Origin: Candidatus Krumholzibacteriia bacterium
GTDB taxonomy: Bacteria; Krumholzibacteriota; Krumholzibacteriia; JAJRXK01
Assembly (NCBI GenBank): GCA_041484665.1
Contig: JBGPIA010000001.1
Location: 736,001 to 800,000, forward strand
Direction: 5' to 3'
Length of the DNA: 64,000 bases
Both the position numbers and the translations under genes were made by a program. Every line of letters begins with the position of its first letter. Position 1 is the first letter of the stretch. Shown here one piece after another: positions 47,769-59,182 of the stretch. A model generated the notes under the pieces. That model worked only from the letters and a program-made list of their open reading frames with translations, did no database searches and had not been told where the DNA came from.

Positions 47769-47977
47769 GCACATCCTCCTGGGAGTGGTCGTGGCCGGGA
47801 GTCTGTGGGCCAGAGCACCCGGCGGCGATGGCGGCGGCCGCGAGAGACCGCAAGCGGACGGCACGGGGCAACGCAACCTGCGCGCGCGGGCGACTCTACG
47901 GCGCAAGGGTGGGGACATCCAACGAGAAGCTGCGGCCGCGCCCCAGGGCCAGCGCAGAGCGGGGAGCCGGCGGTGGC

Positions 47978-49261
47978 TCAGACCGCTGTGGAGACTGCGG
48001 CGGGCGTGCTCGCCATGCGCTGCAGCAGCTCGCGGCGCTTGCGCGCCATGCGCCGCGTCCAGCCCGCCGTGAAGGCCGTACGCATGGCGGCCAGCTTGAG
48101 CTCCTGCAGGCGATGGGCGTGGGGCCGGTCGCTGAGCCCCGCGCACTCCTCGGGCAGCATCACCAGGCTGACGTGGATGTTGGGCGCGATGCCGATGGGG
48201 AGCCCCTGCTCCATGCACGCGTCGTACAGGCGCGCGAACACCGGAATCATGTCCTCGGTCCGCGGCGGGGGCACGTCCGCGTAATCGGTGCCCTGCAGCG
48301 GCCGGAAGACGCACACCGTGGGGATCGCGCCGCGTTGCGTGATCCAGTCGATGGCTTCGATGCTGGATGCGGGTGCCTCCAGCCCCGCGATGATCTCGCC
48401 GTTGGTGACCCACGGCGAAAGCCGCAGCGCGCTGCCGCGCCCCAGGCCAGCGCAGTACTCCACCGCCTCGAGATAACGGGGCAGCCCGTACTGCGAGTGC
48501 TTGCCCGGACAGACCTCCTCGAAGCGCTGCGCGTCGAAGATCTCGAAACAGAAGCTGACGCGGTTGACGCCCAGACGCTTCAACGCGTCGTAGCGTTCCA
48601 GCTCGGCGTGGGGTGGGGTCTGTACGCCGATCAAAAGACCCGTCTCCTCCTTCACGGCGCGGATGTAGGGCTCCAGCAGGTCGAGGTACGTCTCGCCCAC
48701 GTAGTGGCCGGTGTTGAAGTCCACGTAGGTGATGGCGCTCTCGAGCATCGCCGCGCGCACCACCTCCATGACCTCCGCCACGTTCTTCTCGCTGGCGTCG
48801 TCATGGCCGAGGTTGAGGCCGACGCTGCAGAACCGGCAGTTCACCTTCTCGTCGCGCGTCCAGTATTCACAGACCTGCCCGGGGTAGATGCCCAGATACG
48901 TCCCCTGCAGGGTGCCGACCTGACGCATCTTCCGCCCGGTGCTGGTGGGCCGCTCGTACCAGCCCGGCTGCGGGGCGAGTTCCACATCGCAGACGAAGGT
49001 CCCGTCCAGCTCCAGGGACAGGTGCCCCTGATTCTGCCGCAACCGATACGGGGAGTCCGCCGTGAAGGCCTCGGTGACCGGGATATTCGTCCACATCCGC
49101 CCTGGCAGCACCACCTCCAGCCCGCTGCCCAACCCAGCGCGCGTGCGCAGGATCGGCCGGCCGGTCTTCAAAGGCTCGAAGCAGGAATCATCCAGCCGCA
49201 TCCCCTTGCAGTACAGGTCGAGTTTGAGCAGAGAGGGGTTCTTGCGGACGTCGCGCTCCAT
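47978..49261 (-). CDS. Radical SAM protein with extended CX10CX2C motif
   Basis: CEYWTRDEKVNCRFC; RTRAGLGSG N-terminal domain; IIAGLE and VFRPLQGT; ATG 49261 after GGAGG. Confidence 0.8.
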   Translation of the reverse strand: MERDVRKNPSLLKLDLYCKGMRLDDSCFEPLKTGRPILRTRAGLGSGLEVVLPGRMWTNIPVTEAFTADSPYRLRQNQGHLSLELDGTFVCDVELAPQPGWYERPTSTGRKMRQVGTLQGTYLGIYPGQVCEYWTRDEKVNCRFCSVGLNLGHDDASEKNVAEVMEVVRAAMLESAITYVDFNTGHYVGETYLDLLEPYIRAVKEETGLLIGVQTPPHAELERYDALKRLGVNRVSFCFEIFDAQRFEEVCPGKHSQYGLPRYLEAVEYCAGLGRGSALRLSPWVTNGEIIAGLEAPASSIEAIDWITQRGAIPTVCVFRPLQGTDYADVPPPRTEDMIPVFARLYDACMEQGLPIGIAPNIHVSLVMLPEECAGLSDRPHAHRLQELKLAAMRTAFTAGWTRRMARKRRELLQRMASTPAAVSTAV

Positions 49262-49423
49262 GGATGCCTCCAACCCGGGATGCAGAATCTGGTTCAAATA
49301 TTATGGGTTCCGTTGTCGGGAAACCACTGTGGAATTGCGATCTGCCACCCCACTACCCCCGGCTGGACACGGCGTCCCCCAGCGCCCGGCGCTGCACCCC
49401 CCGTCGCCGACCCCCCCGTCCGG

Positions 49424-49915
49424 TCAGTTGCTACCGGCGTGGTGCTCAAGCACCGCTCCCAGCAACGGGCATTGGAGCATGACGCACCGGGTGTGGACGG
49501 GGCGGTCGTCGTCGTGGGCCCGGTGCCAGAACTGGGTCGGTGTCAGTCCCGTCGAGTGCTTGAACACGGCGAAGGCGTGGGTCCGGCTGGAATACCCCAT
49601 GTTGTCGAGCGCCCTGCCCGCCTCCAGGCGATCCTGGTGGGTCAGACTCACCACCGCCATGGCCACGCGCGCCGCTTGGAGCAATGCGTGCGCATTGACC
49701 ACCGGCGAGAGGCTGCGCGTGAGGTGCTCGCGGGACACGCCCAGCTTCTCCGCCCACTGCCCCACCGAGAGGATGGTGCCGGGGCTCTCGCGCAGGAGCT
49801 CAATGGCCCGGACCAGCAGTGTCGAATGCAGCCTCTGTTCGAGGCTGAGGAAGAACGGAGGTAGACAGGTGCCCCCGCAATCGTTGAGCGGCGGGGGATT
49901 CAGTTCCTGCTCCAT
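49424..49915 (-). CDS. Stand-alone AraC-type HTH transcriptional regulator
   Basis: ATG after AGGAGG; WAEKLGVSREHLTR and MGYSSRTHAFAVFKHSTGLTP double-HTH pattern. Confidence 0.75.
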   Translation of the reverse strand: MEQELNPPPLNDCGGTCLPPFFLSLEQRLHSTLLVRAIELLRESPGTILSVGQWAEKLGVSREHLTRSLSPVVNAHALLQAARVAMAVVSLTHQDRLEAGRALDNMGYSSRTHAFAVFKHSTGLTPTQFWHRAHDDDRPVHTRCVMLQCPLLGAVLEHHAGSN

Positions 49916-50031
49916 GAGCCAGCCTCCTGTGCATGGAATTATGGAGGTTGTGGTGCACATATCAGCCAAGCCGCGAGACCGCGCGTGCGGTCGTACGCGA
50001 TCCAGCGAGTTCCCGAGTCCGTCCCGGCGGC

Positions 50032-52362
50032 TCACGCGGCCGCCTTCGCCGCGGCCACGTAGAGCTGGCCCAGTGCCAGCCCCCCGTCGCCCGCGGGCAC
50101 CAGTCGGTTGAGACACAGCGTCAAGCCGCCGCCGCGGGTCTGCCGGCGCAGCTCCGCCCGCAGCCAGGTGTTGACCAGGCAGCCGCCGCTGGCGACCACG
50201 GTGTCGAGCCGGTGTGCGCGGGCCACCTGCACCGCTGTGGCCGCAGTCCAGCGCGCCAGCGCCGCTTGCGCCCATGCCGCGCACGCCGCGCGCGACCGGC
50301 CCGGATCCAGCGGCTCGCGGCAGCACGCCAGTAGCTGCTCCAGCACGGCGCGCAGGTACTCCAGCCCGGGTAGTTGCGGGTCGGGAAGTCGGGGCTCGTC
50401 CAGCGGGCGCGGCGGGCCGGCTTCCCGCTCCAGGCGCATGGCTGCCTGAGCGTCGAAACGCGCCTCCGAGCAGATCCCCAGGATGGCCGCCACCGCGTCG
50501 TAGACGCGGCCCAGGCTGGTGGTGGGCACGCATCCGCCGTCGGTGCGCAGCACCGCAAGGGCTGCGTTGGCCTCCTTGAGGTCGCGCACGGACCGCTGCG
50601 CCCATTGTTGCGCGGCGTCGTCGCCCAGCAGGTCCCACAACAGCCCCAGCGCGGAGCGCCAGGGGTGCGGCACACGCTCGGTCGCCGGAATGCGGAAGGC
50701 TGGAAGACTGGCTGCGCGCGTGAAGGTCGCAGCATCTCCCACGAGGAACTCCCCGCCCCAGACCGAGCCGTCCACGCCGTAGCCGCCCCCGTCCAGGCAC
50801 ACGCCGACGACGGGCCCGCTCAGCCCGTGCTCGGCCATCACGCCGGCCATGTGGGCGTGATGGTGCTGCACGCCGACGGCGTGGCCGCCGAACTGCTCGC
50901 GCACCGCGTAGCCGTGGCTGTGCGGGTGGAGATCGTGGGCCACCAGCTCGGGCTCCACCGACCAGCTGCGCAGCATGTGCTCGACCGTGCGATGGAAATT
51001 CCCGACCGCGCTTGCGCTCGCCAGGTCACCGAGGTGCTGGCTGAGGTAGACGCCGCGCCCCTTTGCGACGCCGACGGCCGCCTTGAGCGCCCCGCCCAGG
51101 GCGAGCGTCGGGGGCAGTGGCCGCCGCAGCACGACCGGGCTCGGAGCGCTGCCGCGGGAGCGCCGCACGGGCACGGGGCCTTCCGACTCCAGGAGCACCA
51201 CCGAGTCATCGCAGCTCATATGGATGCGGCGGTCATGAAGCACCAAGGTGTCGGCGAGCTGCGCGAGCTGAGCGCGAGCGTCCTCGTTGTCGGTGAGAAT
51301 GGCCTCGCCGCCGACGTTGGCGCTGGTCACCACCAGCGGCTCGCCGATGGTGGCCATCAACAGATGATAGAACGGCGTGTACGGGAGCATGACCCCGTAC
51401 TCGGCGCTGTCGGGAGCGACCGAAGGTGCCAGCGACTCGGGCGGGCGCTTGCGGGCGACGACGATGGGGGCGGAGCGGTCCAGCAGCAGTGCCCGCCCCG
51501 CCAACGTGAGCTCCACGATCCGCTCGACCGCCGACGGGCTCCCCACCATGACCGCCATGGGCTTGGCCTCACGGTGCTTGCGGCGGCGCAGGCGGGCGAC
51601 CGCATCTTCGTCCTCCGCCAGGCATACCAGGTGGAAGCCGCCGATCCCCTTGATCGCGAGGATCTGCCCATCGCGCAGCAGCTGCGCGACGTCGTCGATC
51701 ACGTCGCCGGGCGCCAGCGGCGGCGGCGATGGCTCGATCCAGTACGCCGGACCGCACTCGGGGCAGGCATTGGTCGCACAGCGGTAGCGCCGGCTGGAAG
51801 GGTCCTCCGTTTCCGCACGGCAGTGCGCGCACATCTGGAACGGCGCCATGGTGGTGCGCGAGCGGTCGTAGGGCGCATCCAGCGCGATGGTGAAGCGCGG
51901 GCCGCAGTGGGCGCAGGTGGTGAACGGGTAGCGGAAGCGGCGATTGCGCGGCTCGAAGATCTCCTGCAGGCACTCCGGGCAGGTCGCGAGGTCGGGGGTG
52001 ATGGGGACGGAGATCTCGTCTCCGTCGCCGCCGGGCTCGATGCGGAACGGCTCGAGCGTTGGGTGCGGGGTTTGCTCCTGCTCCGTGACGCTCTCCACAT
52101 GGATCCTGGGCGGCAGCTCGCTGTGCAGCCGCTGCTGGAACGCTTCCACGGCACTCGGTGCCCCTTCGACCTCGATCAGGACGCCGGCGTCCGCGCAGCG
52201 CACCCACCCACCCAACCCGAGCTCGGTGGCCAAGCGGTACGTAAACGGACGGAATCCCTCCCCCGGCGCCGTACCACGCACGAGCAGTCTGCGGCAGATC
52301 CGGCTGCCCTGCGCAGCGACTGGCTTGACGTCCCCCCTGGGGTTACCGAAGCTGTCAGGCAT
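50032..52362 (-). CDS. hypF: Hydrogenase maturation carbamoyltransferase HypF (divergent)
   Basis: GFRPF acylphosphatase-like domain; four CxxC; PYDRSRTTM, KGIGGFHL, HDLHP, QHHHAH and DGGLALGQ motifs. Confidence 0.93.
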   Translation of the reverse strand: MPDSFGNPRGDVKPVAAQGSRICRRLLVRGTAPGEGFRPFTYRLATELGLGGWVRCADAGVLIEVEGAPSAVEAFQQRLHSELPPRIHVESVTEQEQTPHPTLEPFRIEPGGDGDEISVPITPDLATCPECLQEIFEPRNRRFRYPFTTCAHCGPRFTIALDAPYDRSRTTMAPFQMCAHCRAETEDPSSRRYRCATNACPECGPAYWIEPSPPPLAPGDVIDDVAQLLRDGQILAIKGIGGFHLVCLAEDEDAVARLRRRKHREAKPMAVMVGSPSAVERIVELTLAGRALLLDRSAPIVVARKRPPESLAPSVAPDSAEYGVMLPYTPFYHLLMATIGEPLVVTSANVGGEAILTDNEDARAQLAQLADTLVLHDRRIHMSCDDSVVLLESEGPVPVRRSRGSAPSPVVLRRPLPPTLALGGALKAAVGVAKGRGVYLSQHLGDLASASAVGNFHRTVEHMLRSWSVEPELVAHDLHPHSHGYAVREQFGGHAVGVQHHHAHMAGVMAEHGLSGPVVGVCLDGGGYGVDGSVWGGEFLVGDAATFTRAASLPAFRIPATERVPHPWRSALGLLWDLLGDDAAQQWAQRSVRDLKEANAALAVLRTDGGCVPTTSLGRVYDAVAAILGICSEARFDAQAAMRLEREAGPPRPLDEPRLPDPQLPGLEYLRAVLEQLLACCREPLDPGRSRAACAAWAQAALARWTAATAVQVARAHRLDTVVASGGCLVNTWLRAELRRQTRGGGLTLCLNRLVPAGDGGLALGQLYVAAAKAAA

Positions 52363-53851
52363 GGCAGACCTGCAGACCATCCGCCCGGCGCTCCCGCTGC
52401 TCGACTCGTTGCAGGCCGGGATCACCATCCTCGACGAGAACCTCGACCTCGTCTGGGCCAACCGCTACTTCAAGGAGCACCTGACCCACGTATCCGGCTT
52501 CTGCGACACGCACTGCTTCGCCGGGCTGCAGCCCGGGCAGCAGCGTTGCGAGGACTGTCTGCCGCCGCGCGTGCAGCGCAGCCAGCGGGTGGGCGAGGCG
52601 GTCCGCACCACCCGCGACGCGCAGGGCGTCCTCTCTTACTACCGCGTGGTCGTGAGCCCGCTGGCCGCGGATGGCTCGCTGCTTTGGACCATGATCCTGC
52701 CCCTGCCCCAGGACGAGATGGAGCGCGAGGACCGTTGGCGCGAGCGATTCCTGCTCAGCGCCATCCGCAGCAGCAACGATGGCATCTGCGCCGTGGACCG
52801 CATGGGGTTCGTGCGCTTCTGGAACCACGGCGCCGAGCAGATCTTCGGCTGGCGCGTCCACGAGATGATCGGACAGCCGGTGAGCCGGCTGATCATCAGC
52901 CCGCACGACGCCGTGGCGCGCGAGATCTTCGACCCGGGCAGCGGAAGCAGCCTGGTGACCAATCGCGAGCTGCTCGTGCGCTCCCGCGACCGCGGGGAGA
53001 TCTGGATCGAGGTCACGCGCTCGACGCTGTTGGACGGCAGCGGTGGCTTCAACGGCCACAGCTTCGTGGTGCGTGACGTCACCGAGCGCAAGCGCACCCT
53101 GGAGAAGATGGTCTTCACCGAGCGCATGAACGCCGTGGGAAACATGGCGGCCGCCCTGGCCCACGAGATCAACAACCCGCTGGGAGTGATCAGCAGCAAC
53201 GCCGAGGTGCTCATGCTCGACCTGGACGAGGGAGACCCCCGGCGGGAGGACCTCCAGGGCATCATCCGCGAGACCGACCGCATCAGCGATCTGGTGCGTG
53301 GGTTGCTGCGCTTCGCGCGCCCGGAGACGCCCGAGCTCGACGCCATCCACGCCGAGGAAGTGCTGCGCCGGGTGGAGCGCCTGATCCACCATGCCTCCCA
53401 CAAGCAGCACACGCGCATCGACCTCGAGATCGAGCTGGGCCTGCCCCCCATCCTGGGCGACGCCAACCAGCTCGAGCAAGTGGTGCTCAACCTCGCGATG
53501 AACGCGCTGCAAGCGGTCCAGTCCGGGGGAGTGATCCTGTTTTCCGCGCGAGCGCGCAGCCAGGTCGACGCTGGCGGCGGGGAGCGGGCGGGCGTGGAGC
53601 TTTCCGTGCTCGACACGGGCCCGGGACTTCCTCCCGGAGCCGGCGACCGGATCTTCGAGCCGTTCTACACAACCAAGGCGAATGGGACGGGCCTGGGCCT
53701 GGCCGTGTGCAAGACGCTGGTGGAGGAGCACGGTGGCGCGATCGTCGCCGCGGACCAACCGCAGGGCGGCGCCGCGTTCACCGTCTGGCTGCCTGCGCTC
53801 GACGGAGCGCGGCTGGGCGACGCGCCGGGCGTGACGCGCCACTTCGGCTAG
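52361..53851 (+). CDS. Cytoplasmic PAS-domain sensor histidine kinase
   Basis: Two PAS-like domains; AHEINNP (H box), NLAMNA, DTGPG, FEPFYTTK and GTGLGL; no TM helix. Confidence 0.92.
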   Translation: MADLQTIRPALPLLDSLQAGITILDENLDLVWANRYFKEHLTHVSGFCDTHCFAGLQPGQQRCEDCLPPRVQRSQRVGEAVRTTRDAQGVLSYYRVVVSPLAADGSLLWTMILPLPQDEMEREDRWRERFLLSAIRSSNDGICAVDRMGFVRFWNHGAEQIFGWRVHEMIGQPVSRLIISPHDAVAREIFDPGSGSSLVTNRELLVRSRDRGEIWIEVTRSTLLDGSGGFNGHSFVVRDVTERKRTLEKMVFTERMNAVGNMAAALAHEINNPLGVISSNAEVLMLDLDEGDPRREDLQGIIRETDRISDLVRGLLRFARPETPELDAIHAEEVLRRVERLIHHASHKQHTRIDLEIELGLPPILGDANQLEQVVLNLAMNALQAVQSGGVILFSARARSQVDAGGGERAGVELSVLDTGPGLPPGAGDRIFEPFYTTKANGTGLGLAVCKTLVEEHGGAIVAADQPQGGAAFTVWLPALDGARLGDAPGVTRHFG

Positions 53852-55311
53852 GAGGCGGCGCCACATTCCCGCTCCGCGGCCGCGATCCCTTCCTCGATCG
53901 CCTTGCGGTTCGCGGCCAGGATCTTCTCGTTCTTGCTGATGCCCGCGACGGCCTCCTCCAGGAGATCGCGGCGCGGGAATCCCAGGACGCGCAACATCGC
54001 GCCCATCATCACGACGTTGGCGACCCGCGACGCTCCCATGGCGTCGGCGACTTGCGTCGCCGGCACGGCGTGTCTGTGCACGTCGTTGCGATCGGGGGTC
54101 ACGTCGATCAGGCTGCTGTCGTAGAACACGTGTCCGCCGGGTGTCACCTCGCACAGGAAGCGGTCGAGGGACGGCCGGTTCATGGCGACCAGCACGTCGG
54201 GGCGGTCGACCATCGGGTTGCCGATCTCGCGCACCGAGGCGACCACCGCGCAGTTGGCCGTCCCGCCGCGCATCTCGGGGCCGTAGCTGGGCAGCCAGGT
54301 GACTTTGAGACCCTGGCGCATGCCCGCCTCCGCCAGCAGCTCGCCCAGAAGCAGGATCCCCTGTCCCCCGAAGCCGGCGGCCTTCAAGCGCAGGGTGTCG
54401 CGCTGCGCGTCGCTCCCAGCACCGCCGCGACTCCACGGCGCCTGGGCCAGCGGCGCCAGCGCAGCGCCCGCGCGATGCTCGATGCCCAGCGTCTGCTCGG
54501 CGCGCTGTGGATCGAAGATCGCCGGGTGGGGCGGCGCGAGGCGCTCCCGCGGCTGGTCCTTGAAGACCCCCAGCGGGTAGATCTTCTCCATGTTCTCCTC
54601 GATCCACTGGATCGAGTCGGTGGGATCCACCTTCCAGCCTGTGGGACACTGGGCCAAGATCTCCACGAAGCTGAACCCCTTGTTCTCCAGCTGGTATTGC
54701 AGCGCCTTCTTGATGGCGACGCGCGTCCGGTTGATCTTCGCGGGATTGGTGAGGGAGTGGCGGCAGCAGAAGCTCGGGCCATCCAGCTGGGACAACAGCT
54801 CGGCCATTCGCATGGGGCTGCCGTACTCCTCGAATGCGCGCCCTGACGGTGTGGTGGTGGTCTTCATGCCGATGGGCGACGTCGGCGCCAGCTGGCCGCC
54901 CGTCATTCCGTAGATGGCGTTGTTCACGAAGAACACGGTGATGTTCTCGCCACGGTTGGCGGCCTGCAGGATGTTGTTGCCGCCGATGGCCGCGAGGTCG
55001 CCGTCCCCCTGGTAGCTGATCACGATGCTATCGGGCCGCGCGCGCTTGATGCCCGTGGCGACGGCGGGGGCGCGGCCGTGGGCGACCTGCACGTTGCCCG
55101 TGTCGAAGTAGTAGTACGCAAACACCGAGCAGCCGACCGGACTGATGAAGATGACGCGATCCTGGATCTTTAGCTCGTCGATCGCCTCGGCGATGAGCTT
55201 GTGCACGATGCCATGGCCGCATCCGGGGCAATAGTGGGTGGCATCGGGCTCCGGTCCACCCTTGCGCTCGAAGATCTCGTAGAACGACTTGGGCTTCTCC
55301 AGGACTTTCAT
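53848..55311 (-). CDS. 2-oxoacid:ferredoxin oxidoreductase, fused beta+gamma subunit (Vor-like)
   Basis: [14 protein letters not shown] (TPP motif), YGMTGGQ; then AGFGGQG and SYGPEMRGG. Confidence 0.93.
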   Translation of the reverse strand: MKVLEKPKSFYEIFERKGGPEPDATHYCPGCGHGIVHKLIAEAIDELKIQDRVIFISPVGCSVFAYYYFDTGNVQVAHGRAPAVATGIKRARPDSIVISYQGDGDLAAIGGNNILQAANRGENITVFFVNNAIYGMTGGQLAPTSPIGMKTTTTPSGRAFEEYGSPMRMAELLSQLDGPSFCCRHSLTNPAKINRTRVAIKKALQYQLENKGFSFVEILAQCPTGWKVDPTDSIQWIEENMEKIYPLGVFKDQPRERLAPPHPAIFDPQRAEQTLGIEHRAGAALAPLAQAPWSRGGAGSDAQRDTLRLKAAGFGGQGILLLGELLAEAGMRQGLKVTWLPSYGPEMRGGTANCAVVASVREIGNPMVDRPDVLVAMNRPSLDRFLCEVTPGGHVFYDSSLIDVTPDRNDVHRHAVPATQVADAMGASRVANVVMMGAMLRVLGFPRRDLLEEAVAGISKNEKILAANRKAIEEGIAAAERECGAAS

Positions 55312-56528
55312 CGGCGCACCTCCGTGGCAGCGCTCGACAGCACCGCGCGCACCTCGGGCAGGATCTCCTGTACCGTGGGCAGGACTCCGCCGGCGCGGCC
55401 GTAGAAGTGCACGGGGACGAGGTCGCTCACCGCCAGGCGAACGTCCTCCACCATCTGGCCGGTGGAGAGCTCCACGACCAGCGCGGCGCGCGCTCGGGCA
55501 CAGGCCGCGCGCAGCGCCTCGCTGGGGAAGGGCCAGAGGGTGATGGGCCGCACCAGTCCCACCCGCAGCCCTTCGCGGCGAGCCTCGTCCACCACGCCCT
55601 GCAGGATGCGGCTCACCACCCCGTACCCCACGAGCACCAGGTCCGCATCCGCGACCGCGATCTCCTCCCAGCGCTGCTCGTGCCGCTCGATCTCCTTGTA
55701 CTTGCCGTGCAGGTGCCGGACGTGATCCTCGAGATCCTTCGGATCGAGATGGATGGAGCAGATGAGGTTCGCGCGCGTCTCGCGCGTGCCTTCCACCGCC
55801 CAGTCCTTGCGCGGCAGCTCACGCACCGCCTGCGGCAGGAACACCGGCTCCTTCATCTGCCCCACCAGCCCGTCGGCCAACAGCGCCACCGGGTTGCGGT
55901 AGCGGTCGGCGAGCTCGAAGCAGTCCATGGTCAGATCGCACATCTCCTGCACGCTGGAGGGCGCCAGCACGATCAGGTGGTAGCAGCCGTGCCCGCCGCC
56001 CTTGACCATCTGGAAGTAGTCCCCCTGCTCCGGCGCGATGTTCCCCAGACCCGGGCCGCCGCGCATGATGTCGACGACCACCAGCGGCAGCTCGCTGCCC
56101 GCGGCGTAGCTCAGGCCCTCCTGCTTGAGACTGATGCCGGGGCTGCTGCTGGCGGTCATGCAGCGCGTACCGGCGGACGCAGCGCCGTAGACCATCTGGA
56201 TCGCGGCGATCTCGCTCTCGGCCTGCAGGAAGACGCCCCCCACCTGCGGAAACAGCTCGGCCGCCGTGTGCGCGATCTCGCTAGCCGGTGTGATCGGGTA
56301 GCCGAAGTACAGGCGGCAACCGGCCAGGATGGCTCCATGCACGACCGCCTCGTTGCCCTTCATGAGCATCGGAGCGGCGGTCCGCTGCGGCGGAGCCGGG
56401 CGCTTGCGCCCAGCCGTGTCCAGCGCGGACACGTCCGGCCAGCGCGGTACGGCGTCGCGGAACGCCAGATCCCGCGGAGCTTCGACGGGCCGCGCCGTCG
56501 CCGCTTCAGGAGGGCTGCTGGTTGCCAT
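55308..56528 (-). CDS. 2-oxoacid:ferredoxin oxidoreductase alpha subunit (Vor-like)
   Basis: [33 protein letters not shown] and RGGPGLG motifs. Confidence 0.93.
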   Translation of the reverse strand: MATSSPPEAATARPVEAPRDLAFRDAVPRWPDVSALDTAGRKRPAPPQRTAAPMLMKGNEAVVHGAILAGCRLYFGYPITPASEIAHTAAELFPQVGGVFLQAESEIAAIQMVYGAASAGTRCMTASSSPGISLKQEGLSYAAGSELPLVVVDIMRGGPGLGNIAPEQGDYFQMVKGGGHGCYHLIVLAPSSVQEMCDLTMDCFELADRYRNPVALLADGLVGQMKEPVFLPQAVRELPRKDWAVEGTRETRANLICSIHLDPKDLEDHVRHLHGKYKEIERHEQRWEEIAVADADLVLVGYGVVSRILQGVVDEARREGLRVGLVRPITLWPFPSEALRAACARARAALVVELSTGQMVEDVRLAVSDLVPVHFYGRAGGVLPTVQEILPEVRAVLSSAATEVRR

Positions 56529-56598
56529 GACGTCCCCTCTCCTGCGCTGCGCGCGCGACCTCGGGCCAGGCCGACGATCGCGGCGCGTCCGATGGGTT

Positions 56599-56832
56599 TC
56601 AGAAGCGGATGACGCGGATCGCGCCGGGCTCGGGGCACGTGCGGTAACAGATGCCGCAGCCGGAGCACCCCTTTCCGACGTAGGCGATGGGCCGGAAGCC
56701 GCGCCGGTTCAAGCGTGTGGTGCGGACCAGGAGCTGGTCTGGGCACATCAGGACGCAGAGTCCGCAGCCCTTGCACAGGTCGGGTGCGATCTCCACGGTT
56801 CCACGATCGACGCGAGTCTGCTCGGCGAGCAT
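56599..56832 (-). CDS. 2x[4Fe-4S] ferredoxin (delta subunit)
   Basis: [12 protein letters not shown] and [15 protein letters not shown] after GGAGG. Confidence 0.9.
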   Translation of the reverse strand: MLAEQTRVDRGTVEIAPDLCKGCGLCVLMCPDQLLVRTTRLNRRGFRPIAYVGKGCSGCGICYRTCPEPGAIRVIRF

Positions 56833-56881
56833 GCTGCCACCTCCCAGGGGCCGGCGAACGCCCGATTTGTCTGCGGATCCG

Positions 56882-56897
56882 TGCACGAACCGCTCCG
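56882..56897 (-). promoter_or_regulatory. Weak sigma54 (-24/-12) promoter candidate for the oxoacid oxidoreductase operon
   Basis: CGGAGCGGTTCGTGCA on the minus strand, GG-N10-GC spacing. Confidence 0.3.
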
Positions 56898-57015
56898 ATT
56901 CCGTGAGCTGCGGACGGGGGGCGCAGTGCCGCCAAATCGCGGCTCAACTCTTTCGATTCCAATGAATTACGATCACGGCGACGAGTGGGGCGGCACGCTC
57001 CGCAGCGCCAGGCTG

Positions 57016-57068
57016 GACAATCTGTCAGCTGGGGTCCGATTGAGCGCCGTGAACGGCGACAAGATGTC
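57016..57068. promoter_or_regulatory. Pair of GACA-N3-TGTC palindromes 42 bp apart (putative enhancer)
   Basis: GACAATCTGTC at 57016 and GACAAGATGTC at 57058. Confidence 0.65.
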
Positions 57069-57130
57069 GGGCGGCCACTCGGCCGCGACCCGCGGTGGCG
57101 GGCGGCGAGCGGCGCGGGGTGGTGGCCCGC

Positions 57131-58693
<1,563 letters not shown>

Positions 58694-58850
58694 GGGGCCG
58701 GTATCCAATCGATCGGGGGTCTGGGCGCGCGGACGCCCTCCAGTGAACTGCCGGGCGGGCACCCAGCGCACCGCTCGAGCGTGCCGCACGTGGGTCATGC
58801 GGCAAGAGAGTAATGAGGCGAACCCCCGCGGACAAGCGATCGTGGACTGC

Positions 58851-58907
58851 GCGCGACATTTTGTCGCGCCCCCTGCGCGTCCAAATCGGCGTGCGGGACA
58901 GCTTGTC
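58851..58907. promoter_or_regulatory. Pair of GACA-N3-TGTC palindromes 42 bp apart (putative enhancer)
   Basis: GCGCGACA-TTT-TGTCGCGC (core at 58855) and GACAGCTTGTC at 58897. Confidence 0.65.
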
Positions 58908-59101
58908 ACAGCCGCGCCGGCCCGGCCCGTTGGCCAGTTCCCAGCGCGCCCGGCACGCGCCGCGGGACGGCGGGTGGGCCGCGACCGCGCCGCATCCAAC
59001 TCACGGCCGTCCATGCAGTTGCACGCAGTCGCGGGCGTGGCTGCTCGCCGCGCCGCAGCCGTGGCGCCGGCCGCCTGTGCCCGGCCACGCCGCGCCTTCG
59101 G

Positions 59102-59117
59102 GGGAACGTCCCATGCA
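59102..59117 (+). promoter_or_regulatory. Putative sigma54 (-24/-12) promoter of the hydrogenase operon
   Basis: GGGAACGTCCCATGCA versus consensus TGGCACG-N4-TTGCA. Confidence 0.5.
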
Positions 59118-59182
59118 CTCCCTACCGCGGGCCGGCTCGCGATCGCGAGCCGGGCAGGTGCACGAAGGGGGGTCGATGCAGA

